NCBI RefSeq assembly: GCF_035084215.1 | Contig: NC_090338.1 | Coordinates: 15,438,001 to 15,502,000 of the forward strand | Length of the DNA: 64,000 nucleotides | Reading direction: 5' to 3' | From: Heptranchias perlo | Taxonomy: Eukaryota | In this document: positions 1 through 11,668 of the stretch, one piece after another | Numbering within the stretch: the stretch's first letter is position 1 | How the letters are laid out: each line of letters starts with the position of its first letter | Program-made: the position numbers and the translations under genes | The notes under the pieces: generated by a model | Databases searched by the model: none | What the model was told of the DNA's origin: nothing | Seen by the model: the letters and a program-made list of their open reading frames with translations, nothing else

Positions 1-84
1 CTGAATTTCAGCTCTTGCAGCCAATATATCTGTGCCTTCTGTTAGCAAATCATGAAAGTGCAGCAGGAGGTTAGGGGTCACATG

Positions 85-1960
85 TTTTTTTTTATTCGTT
101 CACGGGATGTGGGCGTCGCTGGCGAGGCCGGCATTTGTTGCCCATCCCTAATTGCCCTCGAGAAGGTGGTGGTGAGCCGCCTTCTTGAACCGCTGCAGTC
201 CGTGTGGTGACTTTTCTCCCACAGTGCTGTTAGGAAGGGAGTTCCAGGATTTTGACCCAGCGACAATGAAGGAACGGCGATATATTTCCAAGTCGGGATG
301 GTGTGTGACTTGGAGGGGAATGTGCAGGTGGTGAAGTTCCCATGTGCCTGCTGCTCTTGTCCTTCTAGGTGGTAGAGGTCGCAAGTTTGGGAGGTGCTGT
401 CGAAGAAGCCTTGGCGAGTTGCTGCAGTGCATCCTGTGGATGGTACACACTGCAGCCACAGTGCGCCGGTGGTGAAGGGAGTGAATGTTTCGGGTGGTGG
501 ATGGGGTGCCAATCTAGCGGGCTGCTTTATCTTGGATGGTGTCGAGCTTCTTGAGTGTTGTTGGAGCTGCACTCATCCAAGCAAGTGGAGAGTATTCCAT
601 CACACTCCTGACTTGTGTCTTGTAGATGGTAGAAAGGCTTTGGGGAGTCAGGAGGTGAGTCACTCGCCGCAGAATACCCAGCCTCTGACCTGCTCTCGTA
701 GCCACAGTATTTATATGGCTGGTCCAGTTAAGTTTCTGGTCAATGGTGACCCCCAGAATGTTGATGGTGGGGGATTCGGCGATGGTAATGCCGTTGAATG
801 TCAAGGGGAGGTGGTTAGACTCTCTCTTGTTGGAGATGGTCATTGCCTGGCACTTATCTGGCGTGAATGTTACTTGCCACTTATGAGCCCAAGCCTGGAT
901 GTTGTCCAGGTCTTGCTGCATGCAGGCTCGGACTGCTTAATTATTTGAGGGGTTGCAAATGGAACTGAACACTGTGCAGTCATCAGCGAACATCCCCATT
1001 TCTGACCTTATGATGGAGGGAAGGTCATTGATGAAGCAGATGAAGATGGTTGGGCCTAGGACACTGCCCTGAGGAACTCCTGCAGCAATGTACTGGATGA
1101 TTGGCCTCCAACAACCACTACCATCTTCCTTTGTGCTAGGTATGACTCCAGCCACTGGAGAGTTTTCCCCCTGATTCCCATTGACTTCAATTTTACTAGG
1201 GCCTCTTGGTGCCACACATGGTCAAATGCTGCCTTGATGTCAAGGGCAGTCACTCTCACCTCACCTCTGGAATTCAGCTCTTTTGTCCATGTTTGGACCA
1301 AGGCTGTAATGAGGTCTGGAGCCGAGTGGTCCTGGCGGAACCCAAACTGAGCATCGGTGAGCAGGTTATTGGTGAGTAAGTGCCGCTTGATAGCACTGTC
1401 GACGACACCTTCCATCACTTTGCTGATGATTGAGAGTAGACTGATGGGGCGGTAATTGGCCGGATTGGATTTGTCCTGCTTTTTGTGGACAGGACATACC
1501 TGGGCAATTTTCCACATTGTCGGGTAGATGCCAGTGTTGTAGCTGTACTGGAACAGCTTGGCTAGAGGCGCAGCTAGTTCTGGAGCACAAGGCTTCAGCA
1601 CTACAGCTGGGATGTTGTCGGGGCCCATAGCCTTTGCTGTATCCAGTGCACTCAGCCGTTTCTTGATATCACGTGGAGTGAATCGAATTGGCCGAAGACT
1701 GGCTTCCGTGATGGTGGGGATATCGGGAGGAGGCCAAGATGGATCATCCACTCGGCACTTCTGGCTGAAGATGGTTGCAAACGCTTCAGCCTTGTCTTTT
1801 GCACTCACGTGCTGGACTCCGCCATTATTGAGGATGGGGATGTTTGCAGAGCCTCCTCCTCCCGTTAGTTGTTTAATTGTCCAGCACCATTCACGACTGG
1901 ATGTGGCAGGACTGCAGAGCTTTGATCTGATCCGTTGGTTGTGGAATCGCTTAGCTCTGT
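85..1960 (-). mobile_element. 5'-truncated non-LTR retrotransposon (CR1/L2-group reverse transcriptase)
   Basis: Frameshifted RT segments NYRPISLLS, ALDIKAAFD, GVPQGSVLGP, MFADD; poly-A tail near 85-95. Confidence 0.85.
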
Positions 1961-2394
1961 CATGCATGTGTCATGCAGACTGGCACCAGAGGAAAGCACC
2001 ATCGCAAATCACGCTGACAACATTTACAATCTGTTAAAATTGTCTCTGGTGTCGATGTTTGGTTTGTCATTTGGGAGGTTACAGTCAGACCAGACTTTAA
2101 GATGGAATATGATGGTATGTGAGCGACAGGGCTGTGAACTGAGAGAGATGGTGGCTTAATTCGGGGCTAGATTTGTTATTAAAATTCCAGTAATTAGAGG
2201 ACGGCACCCTGTTTGCGTACTGGGATTGCAATTATTCCTTGCTATGTTAGGGAATTTACAGCTCGCTTGTCATTATTGCTGCTGTCTTCTTGTTTTGCCA
2301 AGTTTTGGTCATTATGTATTTTCTCCTCCATGGCCTTACACCTTTGCAGAGCAAATTTTTATGCAGCCTGTATATAGAAGTCTATGCACAAGCT

Positions 2395-2540
2395 TCAGTA
2401 TTGATAGATTTTTGTGAACCAAAAGTATTAAGGGATATGGGGCTAAGGCAGCGATATGGAGTTAGGTCAGCCATGATCTCGCTGAATGGCGGAACAGGCT
2501 TGAGGGGCTAAATGGCCTACTTCTGATCCTATGTTCCCAT
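2395..2540 (+). mobile_element. CR1-type LINE/SINE 3' tail fragment
   Basis: Matches the 3' ends of CR1 copies at 17300-17460 and 7270-7400. Confidence 0.55.
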
Positions 2541-2719
2541 AAGAGATGGAAGAGGAGGCAGAGGTCCAGGTGTACTAATTTTACTCTAGGATCCCTGTGA
2601 GGGGAGTGTACTGCACTGCCTCAATCGGTCAAATCATCTGAAACATGGGATCCTGTGTACCTGTATTCTGGCTGTATAAATGGGCCAGCATTGCTCTGGT
2701 CTCCCAGCATTCAGCAGCA

Positions 2720-3078
2720 GATGGGTTGAGGCGGAGGCGGAGACGGACAATGGAGGTGGAAGTAGGCAGTCTTTGTGATGAAGAGGATATGGGTTTGGAA
2801 GCTCAGTTCAGGGTCAAATAGGACACCAAATTGCAAACAGTCTGGTTGAGCTTGAGTCTTCGGTAGGTGGAGGGAGTGGTAGCGATAGAATGGAGTGTGT
2901 GGCAGGGGCCGAAGACAATAGGTTCGGTCTTCCCCATGTTTAATTGGAGAAAATTGCGACTCATTCAGGATTGGATGTTGGACAAGCAGTCTGATAACAT
3001 AAAGGCAATGGAGAGGTTGAGCGAGGTGGTGCTGAGGCAGAGTTGGGTGTCATCAGTGTACATGTGGATCCTGACATC
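2720..3078 (-). mobile_element. L2-like LINE RT fragment
   Basis: Reverse strand reads MYTDDTQL...WMSRNFLQLNMGKTE. Homologous to 40930-41190 and 42230-42380. Confidence 0.65.
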
Positions 3079-3080
3079 AT

Positions 3081-4100
3081 GGGAGTTATATTGGATAGCC
3101 CCCAAAACCAGGCACGGTGTCGCGGTTCGCGACTAACCCACGCACGGTCATTACGATGCAGGCAGCACGTAACATTCGCTCACCAGCAGGGGGCCCAGAT
3201 ATCGCTCGTGACTAGCACTACTTAAAGGCAGCCTGCACCTCTGAAAGGGAAGGTGCAGTGTGTCTGCAGGAAGTGTTGGAAGTCAATTGAGAAGTGAATC
3301 TGTGCTGCAATAAAGTACAACATGGTGATGATGGGACCTGTAGAATTTTTAATGAGCAACAACTGGGCTGCTCAATGTTTGCGGGGCTCTGATATTTGCA
3401 AAATATAAGATATGGGTCCGCACGGAGTTTGAACGGAGATCAGACATTGCACACGTAAAACACAGATGCAGCTCCCATCCCTATGTTTACAAGTGCTGAG
3501 TTACGTTAAAACATTGAATAAAGGTTGTGCACTACTAAATCCCACATAACAGGAGGCAGCAAGTGGTGGAGGCTCCATGGAACATGAGCCTGCTGTCCTC
3601 TCTCAGGATGACAGCATTCCTGTCCCACCCCTTAAACTCCACCAGTGCCCTTGGTGTTGCCTGTCAGCTAGCCAGCCCACTCCCTGTACAGTGTTGAAAC
3701 TTTATTATAGGAACATAGGAAGATAGGAACAGGAGTGGACCATTCAGCCTCCCCATGAGCCTGTTCCGTCATTCAATGAGGTCATAGTTGATCTGAGACC
3801 CAACTCCATATACCCGCCTTAGCCCCATATCCCTTAATACCTCTAGTTCATAAAAATCTATCAATCTCAGATTTAAAATTAACAATTGAGCTGGCATCAA
3901 CTTCCATTTGCGCAAGAGAGTTCCAAACTTTTACCACCCTTGGGTGTAGAAACTTTTGCTATCTTCACTCCTGCAAGTCCTGGCTCTAATTTTTAGGCTG
4001 TGTCCCCTAGTCCTAGTATTCAAGTATAGGAGACCTCCAAAAACAGGTACAAATGAATCAGCAGCCAGAAGCAATAATCCAGCAACTAACATGTAACTCC
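3081..4100 (-). mobile_element. Truncated copy of the composite Harbinger-derived element with a captured CR1 tail
   Basis: Collinear with 25414-27143 (terminal region, internal segment, CR1 3' fragment near 3710-4020). Confidence 0.6.
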
Positions 4101-5084
4101 TGCAACATCCCTTTAGATAGGATTTTACATTGTCATGGTAAAATTTTATTGGAATTTTTTTATGGAGTTGTAGCAGTTACTGTGCTGAGTGCACTCATAT
4201 ATAATGTTAACATTTTTGATACTCAGCTAAAATTAGCATCAGTAACAGCAACACAAGACTTATTGGTTTACGAGAAAATGAAACGTGGTTTGATCTTGGA
4301 TCGCCAAAGTGTGTAGATGTGAGTTAGCTACAGGATCTGACTCAAAAATGGTTTGTTTTGTGGTTAACCACACAGAGCTAAGATATTCATTTGACGGTTA
4401 CCACAGAACCAGAGAGAAATCACGGACTAGAAATTCTTTAGGCCATTTTTAATGCAGTAAATGGGCACAGGGAACAACCCCAGTGCCCAAAGACGGAGGC
4501 CCAAGGATCACAATAAATTTAGGGCGAGTTGCCGACACCTGTCGAGCCTCCACAGGTAGCTCGCACGAGGGGGGTCGATTGCGGCAGACAGCAACCATTG
4601 GGAGTACTGTGGAGCTGGGAAGAGCACTCCTGGGCTCCACAGAAATGTAAAAAAATAATACTTCACTTCCCTTTTCAGAGGCAACCAAGGCTCGGCCGCA
4701 TCTATGTCCCAAAAACCTGAACAGAGAAGGCCCAAGCCTGCTTCGCTCAGAGACACCCAATTCCTTCTTGTAATGTTCCTTAAACAGGCGTTATGCTCTT
4801 TAGTGACATATGCAAGGGACCTGATGCCTGTTTTAGGCGGCTGCGTTGGACACCTGAAAATTGGCCAGATCCAAATTCGGGTAAGACGTTTATCAGGCAT
4901 TCTTGGGGTGCAGGGCTTGTGCTCCCAAATTGGTCATTTTTTGTGCCCGTTTCACGTCTGATATCAAGGTGTTTTATAAATAATTGTAAATGTACCATTT
5001 GTTATTGCTACAGATTTCTTAACTACTTATATTGTTAATAAATAATTCAGTAGTTCACAGTTTAAGCCAACATTTGATAGAATC

Positions 5085-5980
5085 ATAGAATGGTAGAAAG
5101 GTTACAGCACGGAAGGTGGCCATTCGGCCCATCGAGTCCATGCCGGCGCTACGCAACAGCAATCCAGCTAGTCCCACACCCCCACCCTGACCCCAGAGCC
5201 CTGCAAATTCTTTACTTTCAAGTACTTATCCAGTTCCCTTTTGAAGGCCATGATTGAATCTGCCTCCACCAACCCCTCAGGCAGTGCATTCCAGATCCTA
5301 ACCACTCGCTGTGTAAAAAAGTTTTTCCTCATGTCACCTTTGGTTCTTTTGCCAATCACCTTAAATCTAAGCCCCCTGGTTCTTGACCTTTCCACCAATG
5401 GGAACAGTTTCTCTCTATCAACTCTGTCTGGACCCTTCATGATTTTGAACACCTCTATCAAATCTCCTGGCAACTTTCTCTGTTCCAAGGAGAACAACCC
5501 CAGTTTCTCCAGTCTATCCACGTAACTAAAGTCCCTTATCCCTGGAATCATTCTAGTAAATCTCTTCTGCACCCTCTCTAAGGCCTTCACATCCTTAGTG
5601 CGGTGCCCAGAACTGGACACAATACTCCAGTTGTGGCCGAACCAGTGTTTTATAAAGGTTCATTGTGACTTCCTTACTTTTGGACTCTACGCCTCTATTT
5701 ATAAAGTCGAGGATCCTGTATGCTTTTTTAACCGCTTTCTCAACCTGCCCTGCCACCTTCAATGATTTGTGCACATATATCCCCAGATCTCTCTGTTCCT
5801 GTACCCCTTTTAGAATTGTGCCCTTCAGTTTATATTGCCTCTCCTCGTTCTTCATACCGAGATGTACCACTTTGCATTTTTCTGTTTTTAATTTCATCTG
5901 CCACATGTCCACCCATGCCACCAGCCTGTCTATATCCTCTTGAAGTCTATCACTATCCTCTTCACTGTTTACTACCCTTC
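5085..5980 (-). mobile_element. CR1-type LINE 3' part
   Basis: LYKTLVRPQLEYCVQFWAP, ERVQKRFTRMIPG, NFFTQRVVRIWNALP. Confidence 0.85.
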
Positions 5981-6711
5981 TGTGCTCACCAGCCCCTGAC
6001 CTTCTTACCATTAAAGTGAAAGGACAAAGAAAATCGCAGGTTGGAGAATGCAAAAGCAGAAAAAGCCGGCCAATATCTTTACCAATCCCATATAGAGGGC
6101 AGTAACCTGTATCAGCAGCAGAGGTGTTGTGGTCAACATTTATCCCTCAACAAACATCACTCTCACAGATTGGGGGTGGAATTAGACACGGTGGGGACAC
6201 AAAACAGGCGGTATCGCATCGTTCACCCGTTATACGCCCCACCCGATAGTCTGTCCCACGGACTTCAATACAATTGACTATCGGGCGTGTTGTATGACTG
6301 TCGGCAAATGAGATTCCACCTGTTTTGTGTCCCTGCCCATGTCCAATTTCACCCCCATTGTTTGCTGTTTGAGGGACCTTGCTGGGTGCAGATTACTTGC
6401 CTTCTTTCCCTACATTTCAGCAGTGACTACATTTCAAAAAGTATTTCACTGGTTATCAAGACGTCCTGAAGACGTGAAAGTGCTTTAGAAGGACAAGCTC
6501 TTCTTTCTTTAGGTGTGTGTTGTAAAAGATTCAGTTCACATTAGCATATTGTACCCATGTTCAGATTGCTGGACATGTAAAGTTGTATTGAAGTCACTAT
6601 TTATTTTCATATATTTAAAATATCTGAAATTCAGGAGAAATTATTTTTGGCTTGAAAGGTAGAATTGCAGTGGGCCTCAAAATATCAGAAAATGCACCAA
6701 ATAAATGCATC

Positions 6712-8365
6712 GGGCGCTAAATTGGGCCATGAAATGGCCGTTGTTTCGGTGCTACACGACATCTCTGACATCCAAGATGGCGTCTTGGATAAGCACGCAT
6801 GTTTCCAGCGTGACGTGCACCAGATGCCATCTTGGTATAGGAGTTAGAGCAGGTGCAGATAAAGCACACTGGAATCATGTAAAGTAGGGAGAAAATGGCT
6901 TCAATCAGTGTGCAACGCTGATTTAAAGTGATGGACACCATTTTGGGACTTAACGCTCAACTCAATGCACAGTCTTAACCCCGACCATCTGAATGTGTCT
7001 TCGAGTGCCGAATGGACCCCGGACCGGCGCTATTTAAAGGGACCATGCAGGATTTACAGGTTAGTGGCTGGATTACTGCTTCTGGCTCCTGAGACATTTG
7101 TAACTATTATTGGAGGTCTCCTAGACTTAAATACTAGGACATGGGGATTATAGTCTAACATTTAGAGCCAGGACGTGCAGGAGTGAAGTTAGAAAATGCT
7201 TCTACACACAAAGGGTGGGAGATGCTTGGAATGCTCTTCTGCAGACGGCAGTTGATGTTAGCTCACTTGTGAAAGTTAAAGCTGAGATTGATACATTTCT
7301 GTGAACCAAGGGTGTTAAAGCATATGGGGTTAAGGCGGGTATATGGAGTTAGGTCACAGGTCCACCATGATCTCATTGAATGGCAGAATAGGCTCGAGGG
7401 GCCAAATGCCACTGCCACCTCTTGATATGCACCACTTCTCCTGCAAGACAGCGGGACGTGTCTTTGGGTGATGTGCCTGTCATGGTTGAATAGCTGCCAG
7501 TGTGTGTGCCTGTGAGTTGTGGGTGGGCGGTTTGAAACAGTGCTAATGTGTAAGGGTGAGAGGAAGCATCTGGTTGGAAGAGTTGAGTGCTAATGGAAAG
7601 AGTTTGTTGATATATGGAGGATGGGGGGATATAGTGCGTGCTGCAGTTGGTAGGAGACGCCACTTGATAGTTGACCTCACTCAACTTGACCACTCATGTC
7701 AAAACATTGAACTTCTTCCTGCACTGCATCCATGTTCATGATGCTGTGCACCTGGCAATAACTTCGTCCCCTGCTGCCTCCCACTGTCTTTTGGATGTCT
7801 GGAGGGCCTCTTGTCCCCCTGTGGATATTGGATGTCCCTCCTTCTGTCCACAGCTTGCACCCAAGGTCTCTAGTGCATCAGCAGAGAACCTTGGTGCATT
7901 CACTCTCGCAGGCCTGGTACCAACTCAGATCGGTAGATTGGTGAGGTCTGGCGTGCAGATGGGAGAATGTGGGATTTAGCAGTGCACACCCTTCATTCAA
8001 TGTTTTAACATAACTCTTCAGTGTATAAAGATAGGGATCGGACCTGCATCTGTGTTTTACGTGTGTGATGTCTGATCTCTGTTCAGACTCCGTGCAGACA
8101 GTAAACTGTTATTTTCAGCAAATAACAGGTACCAGCTACCTTCAAGAGATTTCGAAGAAACATCCTCCCTTTGTGCTCCTCCTGGTGGTGAAAAGCGCAA
8201 ATTGCATCAATTCCACGTGCAAGGCTCGGAAAGGAAGGCTGATTGCAGGTAAGTCCTCGGGTGGGTCGAAACTCGCGTCCTGCCTGCGCAGGGTCCATCG
8301 GACATGGGGTACTAGCGCATCGCGGTACCCCCGCCCGAAACGGGCTCGAATCCAATTTCTCCCCC
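6712..8365 (+). mobile_element. Non-autonomous Harbinger-derived composite element (Myb/SANT remnant plus embedded CR1 3' fragment)
   Basis: Left end matches 33830-34170. CR1 tail at about 7130-7410, Myb/SANT remnant on the minus strand at about 7680-7930. Reverse-collinear with 25414-27143. Confidence 0.7.
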
Positions 8366-8406
8366 ATACAATCATAACTTTCTGGGGATGTTTCCCTGGA
8401 AAATAA

Positions 8407-9030
8407 GGGGGCGATTTTAACCCTTCCCATCCTGCAGGAACTGGGCAAAACAATTAAAATTGCCTTTTAAAACTTACTGCCCTGTTCCTGCTCTGATCCC
8501 GCTCCAATCCCGCCTGCTCCCACCTTAATTGGGCCCTTTTTTTAGGCAGCCCAGGCGCCCAAGTAACTCAGGCGGGAGATTCATCACTACATGTAAATCA
8601 AGATCTTACGATGTCATTAGGACACAATGGCATTTTAACCATTGACTGATCAGGGTGCCCGTTGTGACTGCCCCACTCGGTAAAACCTCTTGGGGGCGAA
8701 GTGGAAGCCATAAAATGTAAGTTTTAAACTGTTAAATTGTGGGGTCAGGAGGAAAGTCTGAGGCTCTGCTGCCCCGGCCTCCCCCTTTCCCAACTACAAG
8801 GCCCTACCGAAATCAACCCCTCGCAACTTACCTCAGTGCCGGCAGGTGGCCTCTGGGCTGTTCAATCTTCACCTGACAGTAGACGGACAACTGCCTCATT
8901 TCAGGTGGGCAGCTGGCTGGTGAGATGTAAATAAGGCCTGAAGTTAAAATAGCCTCGGCTTGGGAGGGGAGGGTTTGACATTTGCTCCACTCCTGCCTGT
9001 TAGAAACACGCTCCGAGTTAAAATCCTTCA
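8407..9030. mobile_element. MITE-like element
   Basis: Imperfect terminal inverted repeats GGCGATTTTAAC ... GTTAAAATCC. Confidence 0.4.
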
Positions 9031-11120
9031 AAGTCCCATGCCTTCAACATGTGTATTTCATTTTGGTAAGTTTCAAATCCAACACTGCTTTTCTCTTGCA
9101 ATAAAAGTGATGCAGTTTTAGTAATGACTTGCCCGTGTCCCACTGCACTTTCAGTCTAACTTCTCATCTTTACACGTCATAAGGCCATTATTTTGAAGTT
9201 GTCATCTTTTTTGGGGCTGAGTCAGTTTTTACCAGCATGCTGGAATGGCATGTACTCAGACATGATGGTAATGACCCAGATTTTGGGAACAAGCCCTAAT
9301 CAGATGTAACAAGCATTTTGGCAACATTGATGGGAAAGCTTGATTTCACATCAACCAAAGCTTGAATAGACCAGAAACTCCCTCATTCCCCTATGCAACC
9401 TTTCTTGTCCTTCTATCATATTCATACTGTTACTGTTAATGCTTCCCAGAGCTTTTCTCTCTTGTTCCTCCTATTTGCCATCTGACTCATTTTACTTCTT
9501 ACCCACTTCCTCAATGTGTTGAAATCAAGATGCACATCCACGGTAACTGTCGAAAAGCAAACCAACAGTTTCAAAAAAAAAGTTGGCACACCATCAAAAA
9601 GACGTCCAACTCCAAAACCACCCTGAATGTTTCTCTGCAATGTATGAACACTTGTCATTTGTGCTGCAAGTATACCTAAGTTTATTACTCATCTTGAAGG
9701 AGTAAAATCAGAAGTTTATGAAAGTATGATGAGTGATATAAGTTTAGTGGGCACAAGATTTGATTTTTTGAACCTTTATTTGGTACATTTTCAAAAATTT
9801 TAGATTCTCGAGTGAAAATGGGCATTGAATTTTTTTTTTAACATCTAAAAATGGGGAATTTTGAGGATCATCTTGAAATAAAATATCATTGGCTGCAGGG
9901 TCCGTCACCCCGAGAGAGTGGTAAGGTGCCCCTCTGATTTTTCTAGCCATCCTTTGGGGCGGTTGCCCACGAGGAGCTGGAAATAGCACAGGTCTTTGGG
10001 GCAGGGGCAACGATGGGTCATGCTGACAATCGGAAATCTCATCCCCTGCAGTTCCATCAGGGGTACGAGCGTCCAGGAATTTCAGGTCCCGTGTGATTTT
10101 TAGTCCAGGCAACATTTAGTTGGATCTTTTTGGCCTTCGAAGTGGAAGGAATTTCTCACCACATTCATGGAATTATGATTTATTCATCCCTCGTTGTCCC
10201 ATTTTCACCTAAAGTAGGTCTGGTGGAAAATGGGACACAGAGGGATGAATAAATCACAGGGCACTGTGCTGTTTCCTCATGTTACATTGGAGTTGACACA
10301 ATGCAACTCCACCATTAGACCATCACGTATGGTCGGTCTGGGGAATGGTCTAATGGTGGAGTTGCATTATGCAGAATCCACGACACATGACACAATGCAC
10401 ATCAATACTGTCAATCATTTTCACCCATGGATGTGAGCCTGACTCCAATAGACAATATTCTAGTATTTTAGTAGATGTGTTGATCAGGTTATACCATTTG
10501 TTTCATCTGAAAAGAACTTGGAGCATTACCAAACATGTACACTTGATGCTGAAGAAACAGCATGCATGAAGCTGAGTTGTGATTTGGAGTGTTTAATGGG
10601 GGCGTACTGAAAAATGGCAGCATAAGATGGAACTCACACTGGTAACCAAGGATAACAGGAGCAGTAGGTGCATCATTGAATGAATTCATTAAATGCTGGT
10701 GGTTATTAAGGCATGAATTTACCCACATTGACTTCTAATCAGAGACAGAAAAACTCAAGCTTAAGGGATACATTGCACAGTGGAATCATCATTGTTGGTT
10801 ATTACACTTCTGAGAAATTAATCAACAAAATTACATGTAATCTTCAATTCATTTTCCATAACGTAGCAGTTTTTTTTACATAGCATCTGCAGAAGCTGTG
10901 AAAGGTTTGTTGAAACTATATTAAAAGAACCATTTCTATTGCAAGTTATCATTCGTAAGTTATGTTCATATTAGAAAAGCGTGATGCAATGATTATGTTC
11001 CATCAGAGCAGCTACACAGGAAGACAGCTAAGTATCCATTCTTAGGTAATGATATCAATTCCCCAAAATGTTATATTCCACATATCTAACTCCAAGCTCT
11101 TCCTGTCTATCCTGTGCAGC

Positions 11121-11192
11121 TCATTTATATTTTGCTTGTGCTATTTGTGCATAGATAACAAATGAATCATCTTCCTTTGAAGGAGTCAGGTT
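11121..11192 (-). CDS. Terminal coding exon (NLTPSKEDDSFVIYAQIAQAKYK*; ITIM VIYAQI)
   Basis: TTTCTCTCTTGCAG acceptor, phase 0, TGA at 11121-11123. Confidence 0.8.
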   Translation of the reverse strand, partial: NLTPSKEDDSFVIYAQIAQAKYK

Positions 11193-11332
11193 CTGCAAGA
11201 GAGAAATTAACCATTTATAATAATGTGAACTATTACTGCATCTCTTTACATCAGATAACAACTTTACAGATTTGTTGCGGATATTAATATTGTAGGACGT
11301 GTGATTGCACCAATATGAGTCCATATACTTAC

Positions 11333-11376
11333 AGTATCTGAAGATTGTTGATTGCCTTGTGTACCATGTCTGGACC
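11333..11376 (-). CDS. Cytoplasmic exon 4 (GSRHGTQGNQQSSDT)
   Basis: 44 nt, phase 1 to phase 0, AACAG acceptor, GTAAGT donor. It supplies exactly the phase change the last exon needs. Confidence 0.7.
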
Positions 11377-11668
11377 CTGTTATAATTGCAAACACCACAA
11401 TTAAATGATAACATTGACAGATCAGACTGACAAAAAAACTGACAAATAGCATATAAATATCCTTATCTTACTGCATTTCACTCGTACAGCCAATGGATCA
11501 GCAAGATATTGATTGACAGTGAACCCAGTTTTCATCTGTATAACCCAGGTCCACACTAAGCACTGCATTTACACAGGGAGCCATTGGAACGGTCATAAAT
11601 GAACTAAGCTCCAGAAATGACTGTGCAGAGTTTGAGAGTTTCCTTGCTTTTGCAGCTTCAGATACATG

